Shown here: one piece after another, positions 25,541-36,752 of the stretch | How the letters are laid out: every line of letters starts with the position of its first letter | Position numbering within the stretch: position 1 is the stretch's first letter | Source: Syncephalis fuscata S228 | Taxonomy: Eukaryota > Fungi > Zoopagomycota | Length of the DNA stretch: 64,000 nt | Direction of reading: 5' to 3' | NCBI GenBank assembly: GCA_025786725.1 | Contig: JAHLTZ010000003.1 | Coordinates: 62,001 to 126,000 of the forward strand | The notes under the pieces: model-generated | What the model was told of the DNA's origin: nothing | Databases searched by the model: none | The model's input: only the letters and a program-made list of their open reading frames with translations | Position numbers and translations under genes: made by a program

Positions 25541-26056
25541 ATGCACCACCGCACACTCTAATCTACACCTTTATCAAGGTTATCATCTAATCGTTTTCGT
25601 TTAGTCAATTTGTGCGGTCCATTTTTATAATAAATGGTTATTGTTTGCAATGGATCCATACTACTATCGACGTGTATATGCCAATCTATACATTTATGTG
25701 TGACGGTGTAACTGTTTAGTTGGCAAGTTGGTAGTTTTAATTCGTGTCTAATGAAACTGTATAGATAGACGGATATTTTAACGTTTAACCTTCTACACCC
25801 GATCAGATGGCATTCTCCTTTTCGTCTTTTATTTGACTTTGTTACTTCAGTCGCGGTAAGTATAGGTTAGAGATGCGGTTGGCGGAGACGGTTGCGCTTG
25901 TTTATGTTGAGACAGATAAGCATGACACGATCTAATCGGTGAATCCAAGTGACACGATTCAGACTTATGAACTAATCTTGATATTAATCACTTTGTAGTT
26001 ATTATCGCGCATCTCTCTTTTACTTAAGCTACAGTCAATCCAGTCTATTATCCAAT

Positions 26057-26326
26057 ATGGGTGGTGGCGGTAAATGGTTCGGTGATATGGGCTCTAACAA
26101 GGGCCCACTCCAAAAAGGCATTGTGTCTTATCAGCTATCTCCCAATCACCAACGCGTGTTTGCCAATGCTTTCCGCAAGGGCGTCTTTAACGTCTTTCGC
26201 CGTACATCGGCCCAAGCATTCTATGTTGTTCCAGGAGCATTGCTATTCTACTTTACAGTGACTATGGGAAATAAGCGCCATGCTTATATTAACAGCAAAG
26301 CGGGAGCACATTTGCGCGAAGCCTAA
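26057..26326 (+). CDS. QCR8: Cytochrome bc1 complex subunit 8 (UQCRQ)
   Basis: An 89 aa ORF with WFGDMG..QKGIVSYQLSPNHQR..GVFNVFRR..YVVP..YINSKAG. Confidence 0.95.
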   Translation: MGGGGKWFGDMGSNKGPLQKGIVSYQLSPNHQRVFANAFRKGVFNVFRRTSAQAFYVVPGALLFYFTVTMGNKRHAYINSKAGAHLREA

Positions 26327-27375
26327 GTGCGTTTTGCAACTAGCTAATATTGACGCGTTATCAACCATTAAATTGAGTGTCTTTACTTGCCAACAGATAT
26401 TCTATAGATTATACATAGCAGTAGTATTAATTATTATTATTTATATTTATGTAATAGTATGATGATTATAATTATTTGTTATATTATAGTTGTAATGTTT
26501 AAATTAAGTATTTAAATTAAACATTATGTAGAACGAAAAATTACGAATTAGATTAGTCTATTAAATCTTCAAAAAAGACTGATCATAAAAATATTTAATA
26601 ATGTAATAGCAACAATAACAATACTAGTACATAATATGCAATAATACATACAAATACATATTACATAGCCATAATATACAATTCATAATATATGGTATTA
26701 ATAGTCATAATAATAGTAATTTATAAAACTCCTTTTTTTACCACAAGTAACTACATATCGAATGCATGCATATAGCCTTTGACACAGATAACAAAACAGT
26801 CTTCAAGTCGGCGTCATTCTCGCAATTAGACCAATTAGCTAATACAAAGCGATCGTCTATATGCAACTTTCTCACCAAACACCGCCAGTAATTGCACTTC
26901 TATTTAGCAATAGAGCGGGGATGGATATCTACCATTTTGGTATCATTATTTGCTCATAGTATTCCGGCATTTTCCGACAGTCACCTCCCTTACCTTTTCC
27001 CTTGCGTGCAACAAAACTGGACATTGTAGTGAACACCACAACAACAGCAACAGCGATAATAAAAACAGCTGTTACCTGTCTTATTCCCCTTGGCTTTCCT
27101 CTCTAGTGTTATATTCGTAAAACAGTCTGCCATCACTGTGTTCATTTACACATTGACCGGCTATTCTTCTGTTTACCACTTTACTAATTACTAGCGTGTA
27201 GAAAGTCTTCGATAGGCTGTCCCTTTTTCGCTCGAGATCGCTCTGTCTTCAACAGAATCTACTCCACTCGTAGTGTCGAATCTATTGCTGTGCCTTTTGT
27301 TGTAGGCAAAGGTAGTTGTTATTTTCACGATTTAGCATTGTTAGTTTTCTATAAGCTAGGCTTGCGAGTACATAT

Positions 27376-28150
27376 ATGTACTCATCGATCAAGGCACCTT
27401 TCTATTTAGCGGTAAGTCAATGGAATATTTGGTCTATTAGCACTGACGTAATAATTGCTACAAACAATATTACTCTGTAAACCACCATAATGACTATAGA
27501 GTGATTGATAATGGTATTTGTATCAGTACTGGTGGACTTGGTACGAGCCACTCGACAAGAGCGTGCCAATGATCATGCATCAGCTGGTGTGTCATTATCG
27601 AATAGTTCAAGTGTCCACCATGATCATAGTCCAACGTTGAATGGCAGCGGAGGAGACATAACACCTACCGGAACAGGAACAGCGTCTTCGGCATCTGTTA
27701 CATCATCAACCATTATGAATATGGCTGTGAATTCATTCCATCAACGTGGTCGATGGCGTGATCGATTTGATACTACCGATCATATGCATAGAAGTGCTCC
27801 ACTTAACAGTTCAACATCAATAGATTCGCTGTCTTCGTCTTCACCTTCTACAGGTAATATAGGCGTAAGTACAACTGATTCATTTTACGGCACAAATGAT
27901 AGTGGATCCGGATACAATTCATCCACCTCATCGGATGGCCATTCTCCCTCTAGATCGCGCTCACCTTCTCCGGGGGCCGGCAATGGACATGGTCCCAGCG
28001 GGGAATGGTGGATTGGTGCTACTACTGCCGATGGCCGTAGAAGATTCTATCGTGTTCGTTCTAGGTATGCATTTGCTTGTATTATGTATAATTAATGTAT
28101 TAATGAGTTTGTATTATTGAAATAGGAGTCCTTCTCCGGATAAGCGATAA
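27376..28150 (+). CDS. Hypothetical Ser-rich low-complexity protein (3 exons)
   Basis: The model MYSSIKAPFYLA | VLVDLVRATR...WWIGATTADGRRRFYRVRSR | SPSPDKR* uses canonical splice sites and contains RSRSPSP motifs. Confidence 0.6.
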
Positions 28151-28711
28151 TCGTTTTAGTGGATACAATAATGAAAATCATTTTTCTTTGTTTTGTTCTT
28201 TTCGTACAAACTATTTGCATGCGTTTATGTAGGCAATTAAAACAAGAACCTTTATGCGGTTCCTTTCGTTTACTGTAGCTTTAATTAATTACGTTGTAGA
28301 GTATATTGATTGTATAATGTACAGTCTTGTACTAATATTAATAGGCAAATTAAAATAATAGTACCATTTACGCTTATTTTATATGAAAAAGCATAGTATA
28401 CGTTTAAATGGAACCCATGGGTGATATTATCAATATTAATGTGATTTATAAAATATACAAAAACCATATAGTGATATAAGTGAATAAGTTTATCGACGTG
28501 CTTTAATAAATTTTATTGTCATGTTTCAACTGTATTTAAGGATTAATATGTATAGCCAGCTTAAAGCCACATCTCTATTATAAATAAATATAGAATTAAA
28601 AAGTATAGAATCAAGTGCACAATCTACATTGGTCAAGTCTAGTGAAGATTATACTACAGCGCAATAATCTGTGCTTTATCTTTAGATCTAGTATTTGCAA
28701 CTCTAGTCTGT

Positions 28712-29537
28712 TTATACTTCACTGGCACTATCATCGGCCTCTTCGTCATCTAAATGTTCCTCGTCGTTTGAATTATATTCATCGTTAATTGGATTGAAAT
28801 GGTGAAGTGCATCCATTACTAGTTCTTGATCGATATTTTGTGGTAATTTTTTTAAATTTGAATAATGTGATAGTGCTAATTGAGCCTTTGATAGAGCAGT
28901 ATGACGATCGTCATTATCATCATCATCACTTTCTGTAGGATCATTATCAGTTGTATTTGTATCTTGAAATTCATCAATTTCAAAGTTATCATCATCATCA
29001 CCAGAGCACATAATCCAATGCCATTTTATACCAATTACACCATCTTGCAATTCACCAATTTAGCAAATGCTGCAGGTGAAAGATCAAGTGAAAATGGTGC
29101 ACAAGTTGGACAAGCATCGACAATTTGTGCCACAACCTGTCCTTTTGGCCCGTAGATACGTACACAGTGTCCGCAGTATTCGCTTCGACGACGAGAATCG
29201 CCGTATAAGTGAGTGGAGATTGCGGCAATCAACTGGCCTGGTCGACTACTTTTTCCGGTACAAGCATCGTTGGATGGTGTATAGTAGGTTGCTACCGATC
29301 TTCGATTCATAGAATTTGAATTTAATAAACGAGTAAATTGGTTCATTTTTGTATGAGTGGCCAAGCCATAAGTTAATAATGATTTCTGGTAGTTTAGCTG
29401 TTTAAGCTCTGTCCTCTTGGTTGTTGTATTATTTATAATGTCGGTGGTATCGAAAAAAGCGGATTCAACTAAATTAAACGTTGAACAGAACTGTAGATAA
29501 GCGAGAAATGTAACTGAATGTGTTGGATTATTTTCAT
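28712..29537 (-). CDS. RlpA-like DPBB/expansin-like protein with acidic C-terminal tail (frameshifted)
   Basis: ATYYTPSNDACTG..IAAIS..YCGHCVRI..IVDACPTC..LDLSPAAF..GVIGIKW is followed by a D/E-rich tail. Confidence 0.85.
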
Positions 29538-29904
29538 ATTGATTTGTCAGCTAGACAGTTCAAGAATAGCAAATGGAAAGTGTATAATAAAATATAATAA
29601 ATCGATGGATATATACTTTATAGCCATGCCAAGTAAAAAAAATGGTATTAAACTGTTGGTATAGTTAATATATCGGTGGCCAGCTATCTATAACGAATAT
29701 TGGAATAAACATGCCTAGCCTAAGCTAAGTACTGCCTTTGTACAGTAGATAGATCGCTAGCAAGGAGATTGCAAATAAATCTCCTTATTCCATACCCCTT
29801 ACATAGTAGCCGTATACAATAGTGGTCAAAAGCTGATGTTAAAAATTAGCCAAAAAGCAAAGCAACAACAATGCGCTTAGCTAGATCGGAGTTTATTTAA
29901 ATAT

Positions 29905-30361
29905 TTAAAGAGAACCGCAGGAGGTCCATGACCACTGAATGGTGACGACACCAGCGTCAAGATTGGCAATGCGTTGAAATGCTGATCTGGTAAGGTCGAG
30001 CGAGTGACGCTCGCAGGTTGGGCACGCGTCGACTATCTTTACAACCACTGTGCCTTTAGGACCTTTAACACGAGCACATTGACCACAGTATTTTGATTTA
30101 ACACTGGTTTTGCCATACATGTCAGTGCTTAAGGCAGCGATCATGGCAGTGCTTGGACTAGTCTTGCCAGTGCATGCATCTTTGTCGGGAGTAAACCATG
30201 TACCTTGTTGTCGCGAGCAAAAGATTTGTGTGTTGGTATTGGTTCAAAGCCACGAAGGCGGGCCTGCCAACGTTTTCGGGAGCTACGGCAGCTTCGATAC
30301 CAATGACGGCGAGACCAGCAATGACAGCAGTGGTAGCGATAGTGGAGATTGAGAAGCGCAT
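29905..30361 (-). CDS. Secreted RlpA-like DPBB/expansin-like (loosenin-like) protein (frameshifted)
   Basis: A signal peptide is followed by GTWFTPDKDACTG..IAALS..YCGQC..IVDACPTC..LDLTRSAF..GVVTIQWSW. Confidence 0.9.
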
Positions 30362-32027
30362 GATGATATTTGTAAAAAGTGATTGCGTTAAAAATGAAGA
30401 TAATACTTCAAGTCAGTCAATTAATTAGATAGAGTGAGTTGATGGCTATGGATGGCGTGCTTTGTTCGTAAGTGTGATGCTGTTAAAATGATTGACATTG
30501 CAAATTGTATTGTTTATATAGTAATTTTAATTAAATAAGTAGATGGTTATTTAATGATAATTTCTAACAATGTTTCATTTTCGTATACAAAGGTACTGGT
30601 TTACACGTGAGTGTTACCAAAGACCCAGCTTATTTTGATGGAGTATCTTTCAGCATCAAGTCGTATAATAAGCCTCAATGAACGGCTTAATTCTTCACAG
30701 TAATTGATATAGAGTGAGCATCAGCTTATATGCATCACGTTACTGACTCATGAACCTAGCGCGCAAACTACAAACTGTGGTTTCATTTTTGTTTTGTATA
30801 GCCATGCTGCTATACGGCCTTAAACATTTTTTCAAGGCCTTCGTAAAATAATATGTGTGGGATTATCCTTGTACTACAGCTGTGCTGTGGCATAATTGGC
30901 AATATAATATAACTTAGTGCTACAACAGGTTGACCTGGATACAATCTGTATTAGTGTAACCAGTAACAATATGAAACCGGTCGATCTGCCTTGTATACCT
31001 AACACTTTGAGCACACGTATGCAAAATACAAGGTGTACAGTAACATTATTAAATCGGATTTTTATTGCTCACAGAAGTAGTTTTGTACAAATTTTATAAT
31101 TAATAAGAACAATACTAATGGGTTTGCACTAAAAACTTATATGTTATTGAATAATTTGCATTTAATTCGGTTTAAATTTTCAGTTACTTCTAAAGGGAAC
31201 ACCTTTTTTAGCTAAAACAAGGGCACTACTATCTAGAAGGCAAAACGATTTCCCTTAAAACGTTGTGACGTTATTTTATCTATTTTTTACTCTTGCTTAA
31301 ATTTCAGTAATATATTGCTCCCATACTGGGCAATGTAACACTATTTGTTGTTATTTTAGAACCTATCGTGATTCTATCAATGCGAACAGCAGCTTAATAC
31401 GTGTTATAATTGTATCAGCTTATTTGAATATCCGTGGATAATTTGCGTAAATTTATAGACATGCATGATAAACTATTATAATTAGTTAAACTACGTTTAT
31501 AAAGAATGAATTAGTAATTTCTATAGGCATTGCATCTAAATGTTTGTTGCCACACACGCACATATATATAAAAATATATATTACATAAAATATAGACATA
31601 TTATTTATTAATATATTCATTATTTTGCTGACAATATGTCCTATAATATATTGAGCTTTGATATCAAATGTTGTGATTTATTTGAAACGAGGACGCATAC
31701 AATCACTAAAACAAAAGCTTGGCCATGTGCTTAGCTGTTTATAGTATAAAATTATACCAAACTTAGTTATTAAATCACCGTAATACCATTTATGTAGCTA
31801 AATTAAAATGCCGATTTAGATGATTGGCTTCAACATTTAGCAGCACGTGGACTGCTTATTAAATTCCGACGACATTTAGAACAATTGAAACTTCGACATT
31901 TTTATATATTAGTTGAAATAGAAATAAGCGATGGCCAAATGAAATCCCACTCCAATTTTCTCCTCTTCATTACGCCTTAGACTCTTTATTTTCACGTTGC
32001 TTATTAAACTATCATTTAACAGTAAAA

Positions 32028-33691
32028 ATGAATATCAAACTATACAGTCAGCTAGCCCTGATTGCTACCGCTTTTGGTTTCCTATCCATTAGCTTTAGCT
32101 CTTTGCAAGTAGATGCATTAAAGGCTGAAAAACAGCCTCTTAACAAGATTCAATCCGATGATACATTGGATACATGGTATAGCGCAGTCGAGTTCATGCA
32201 ATTAGATGAACAACAAAGAGCAACTAACCAACCTCCTCCATTGCCGCCACGTAATACTGAACAGCTAAGAGCAACTAACCAACCTCCTCCATTGCCGCCA
32301 CGTAATAGCGAACAATTAAGATTAGCTAATCAACCTCCTCCATTGCCGCCACGTAATAGCGAACAATTAAGATTAGCTAATCAACCACCCCCATTGCCAC
32401 CACGTAATAACAACCTACAACAATCTATAACACAACTAAAAACAGTTAGAATTCCGCCTCCATTGCCACCACGTTCGAAACAGCAACAGCAAGAAGTACC
32501 TAATAGCTCTGAAACTTCATCTTTAATTGGATATGGAGTTCCACCATTAAAAGAAGAAGCAATTGATAAGCGCGATGCTTATGGAAAAAAGGGTCTTGTT
32601 ATGAAGAAATGGATTCCCACAAAGCCTTCGTTAACTGCAGGGTATTCAGAGTATAAGAAGGAAAAGGCCTTTTTAAAATGCTCCAGCAACAAGGAAAATT
32701 TCAATAAGGAAGACCGTGCATTTGCTGTAAGTAACTTATGCTATATTAACATTAATTACTCACTGTTGTTTGTTCAGTTAATAAGGATAGCTATGTCTAA
32801 TAAAAATAATCCTTTCTATGAAGGCAGTAAATATATCGTTTACAAAAAGGATGAATTCAAAGCGGGCAGGCACTATTGTTTAATTATTTCCGATGCTGGT
32901 GATTCAAACTTGTATGACTATATGTTAGAATTAACTGACGATGAGCGACGTGACCAAATGCCTAGGTTATTCAGACAACTTTTATATGGTAATTAAAATT
33001 ATTGTGCCATTAAGATTTACTAATATAATTTTATGTATTATTGTGCTAGCCACTGCATTCTTACACTCAGCCAAAGTTGCACACAATGATATTAAACCGC
33101 ATAGTAAGTAAATTGCCAAAAATGCTACGTACACTAACTTCAGCACAACATTAGATATCATGGTTAATACTAAAAACAAAAATAATATTATCTTCTCGCT
33201 TATTGACTACGACCTTGCGACTGAGCTGCAATTTGCGAATGGTCAAGTTGTACGTGTTGCAAGCGAGTCTGGTACGATTGGTTTTCATCCACCCGAAGCC
33301 TTTGGAAAGATTCCATTTGATTTACGCGTAGCAGATTCATGGAGATTAATAGCCACTATGTACTATTTTTACGGACGGGAGTCTAACTACAATCCTGACC
33401 ACATTATTGATCCAAATAGTGATACTGATCCAACGGTGCAATATCTATCCTATATGGAGAGGGTGTATCAGTCTGGTGTAAATCAACAAAGGATGGCGAA
33501 TTTAGCGCCAAAGACATCCGCAGCACTTCAGCTTATGGACAAAAATTCATTGAAGCTCTTTATGATAAATCAAGCATTTAGACCAGCACCTGCAGAGTAT
33601 ATTACAAAATATTTTATGAAGAACTATCAGGTAATTGCATTAGCGTGCTTATATAAACATTAGCTAAACTAAATATGTTGCTCAGGTTTAG
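32028..33691 (+). CDS. Secreted atypical protein kinase with N-terminal PPPLPPR tandem repeats (5 exons)
   Basis: It has a signal peptide and AFLKC (beta3 Lys), helix C EDRAF, HNDIKPHNIMV, LIDYDLA, GTIGFHPPE and ADSW. GT-AG introns start at ~32727, 32989, 33103 and 33631. Confidence 0.85.
32217..32475 (+). repeat. Coding tandem repeat, 51 nt / 17 aa unit x4 plus a partial fifth
   Basis: The units are RATNQPPPLPPRNTEQL, RATNQPPPLPPRNSEQL, RLANQPPPLPPRNSEQL, RLANQPPPLPPRNNNLQ and RIPPPLPPR. Confidence 0.95.
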
Positions 33692-34155
33692 ATTTTTAAC
33701 AATTATAGACTTGATGAAGTTGAAGAGCAAAATAAACTGAAGTTTTAATGATGATCTAGTAGTAAACTGATGTTATTTAGTTATTAGTACTGATTTGCTG
33801 TATTGATTTCTGTAGATATTAATATTAGTGCACATACTATTAATATGACTACTTTTCAATTAAGAATAGCTTGTTTTAAATTAAAACCATTATAGCTATA
33901 ACAATGATCAAGCAATCTATCTATCTAATTAGCACCATTAAATACACGACTTGAATTAATGGCTAAACTGTGTACAAAATTACAAATATATGTGTTGTAA
34001 TTGTATGCAACTGTCATATTGGTTACATAAATAACTAAATTCCATTTATAGATTAGTAGCAGCAGCAACAACAACGATAATAATTTCTAAAAGATTTAAC
34101 TAAATTTATGCAATTAAATGGGGTTAACAATAGCTTTTACTAAAATATATATTCA

Positions 34156-35479
34156 TTAGCCTCTAGCAAGCTTGTCTCTTGCTTTATCTTGTCCCGCCAT
34201 TTGCGCTTGTCTTGCACCGTTGACCGCTAATCGATCTGCAGCCTCGTTGCCTGGAATGCCTATATGTGCTCTTACATGGGTCTATTTAAGCAAAACGCAT
34301 AAGTCAGTGGTGGGGTTTAAACATTTATTCTTACGAATTTAACCGGTGATGTGTGTGCTACTAATAATTCATCAAGCCGTCGGAATAAATCACTATTAAG
34401 CACTGCCTTTCCATCCGACTTGTGCCAGTTCCGTTTTTTCCAATTATTAATCCATGAGCGTGTCGCTATCGGCCGAGTAAATCATTAATTGAATAAAAAT
34501 GACAATAATATTAGCATTTTATACCATTTACAACATAAGCACTATCTGTACGAATTTCTATAGGTTGGTGACTATCCACGGTTTCCAATGCCCGAATGAC
34601 AGCCTAGTAATGTTTTTGTTTTAGAATCTAGTAATGTACAAATTAAAGATAGTTTACTTACTGTAATTTCAGCGCGTTGATTTGTCTGTAAAGATCCTGG
34701 TAGTGGCTCACTAATATTACTATGTACTAGTCAATATAATGCGTTAAATCCAGTCTGCCATTACCGAGCATCCCCTGGACCAAAGTAGACCCCTACACCA
34801 GCCACAGCGTTTTTCTGGCCGTTGCTTAGTCCGCTACCATCTGTGTAGACTACCAAATAATCCTGGCTACTATCGCTCGTATTAGGAAGCACCATATCTT
34901 TGATACTCTATATTTCAATAATTAATATAGCTGCATACTTGTTCAGTTTACGATAGCTTCTTTGCTTACTAACCTCTACTAATGAAGGGGTCGAATGCGA
35001 TAGCGATGTAGCCGCACGTTGTTGTATTAATCGCTGGTAAGGCGCAAGTCGTTTTTTCTTGGTTGCTTTTACATCGCTAATAGGCTAGCATGTTCTTAAT
35101 ATCGTGTCAAACCAAACATTAGTTATACACAGCTTACTTTTTCTATTCAAGTTAATTAAATTGTAGTTTTGTCATTTGTATTTTACAAAACTTACTTTCT
35201 GTCACTGTAGCTACAGAGGAAGCTGTGATGTTTGCTACTGAATTAACCGTTTTACCAATAAATTTTTGCGCTTCTTGAAGTGAATTGAAGCGCTTAAACG
35301 CAGCTCTTGGATATCCTTCTACATTTGCTTTACATTCCTCCCTGTTTCAACGTCAAATGCCGTCATACCAGACATTCAAACAGTTAAGTGACAACCTACC
35401 AAGTTTTGAATATACCCTGCTGTCGACCAACACGTACAGCATAGTATTTGCCAGCTTTTTCTTTTGAATGTTTAGGCAT
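34156..35479 (-). CDS. RNH1: Ribonuclease H1 (multi-exon)
   Basis: The hybrid-binding domain reads YYAVRVGRQQGIFKTWEEC..VEGYP..FKRF. The catalytic domain has VYTDGS, GVGVYFG, QTNQRAEI, IRTDSAY and HVRAHIGIPGNEAADRLA. Confidence 0.95.
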
Positions 35480-36752
35480 TCTAAGAACGCGAAGATCGCG
35501 CAACACATATAGCAATTTGCGTGGAATTTCGAAAGAATAACAAAAACACCTACAAAGCTAGAAGACAAATAGAAAAACCTCAATATTTATTACTATTACT
35601 GGCAATGTGCCAAGTGTTAACTACATAAAGTGCGACTGCTATTTATTGACTTTTTAGACTAGCATTCGTTTTTAATTAATATCGTAGACATTATTAATAA
35701 TAATACATCTAACATTATTATTTCTTTATTTTATTAATTTGTAAAGCAGCTTTAGTATTCAATCATATAATTTAGGTTATTTTTAATCTATTGAATTATT
35801 TATGAAATTTGTAATCTACATGGTCTTAATTATAGCTATTATATTTTAATGCTTATACATATACATTACATTACTATTATTATCCAACACATGGTACACA
35901 TTGGTTAATACGATTAAATTAGCAAAACCAGCACCGTAATAATTAAATTTATATTGGCAAAATGCTTTGAAAAATACAATATACGCTCCTCTCACAGTTT
36001 TACAATGTATTAGCAAGTACAAAATACTTTGAATCTTTTAGATCCAAACTCAATTCTCACTAAGACACAGGGCATAGCTTCTTTTTGCACACAATAACTA
36101 TTTGCAGTTTTAATTAGAAACTAGCAAATTACTTTAATTTTTTATGAATCATAGCATCAAGGTGTGATTGGATAAAATTTCCACAGCTTTTGCCATTTTG
36201 CTATTTTCTCTTTTGTTGCTTATTGTATCCGACTGCCACACACGCACACACACTTGCTCGCTTGCTCACTAAAAGCTACCAACTGTTAACGACGTTCATT
36301 ACAGTTTCTTGCTGGTCGGATCACCTACAAACATTTAAAAGTGCGGGAAAACTCCGGTAAGTACCTACAAACGCTTATACCTGCTTGCCATTCGTCAAAG
36401 AAAGCCTGGTAGCTTTTCAGACCAGGAATGAATAGATCGCGACACCATGGCGCTAGTAGAACGGGTGTTTTTTTTCGGGTCGCACTACGACGCGTACTTT
36501 AGAACGAAGCAATGCGGCATTAGATAGCTTATTGAACTGTTTGATACTATTTGCTAACTTTTATTGCTAACTAGACCACCTGCTTACGTCCTGTGGTTGT
36601 GTGTAGAGATTTAGTATGAACGTCGGCGAAGTAAGCGGAAATTCGATCGACGGCGTTATTAAAAGTTAAACGTCACTTCCTTTATAAAGGCTATAGGTGG
36701 TTTTGGAACTGGTAAAAACAAACAAAGGCAACTTCTTACAGAAACATCAACT

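Noticed and set aside
29762-29786. Short hairpin AAGGAGATT..AATCTCCTT
   Set aside because: A 9 bp stem is expected by chance in 64 kb of AT-rich DNA.
34156-35479. Retroelement RNase H as the SINE's partner
   Set aside because: It has introns and the N-terminal hybrid-binding domain of cellular RNase H1, and no RT is adjacent.
36400-36480. Possible structured RNA (CCTGGT..ACCAGG, followed by a T run) upstream of the PHD gene
   Set aside because: The stems are short and no known ncRNA motif is recognisable. It is probably 5' UTR or intron sequence.
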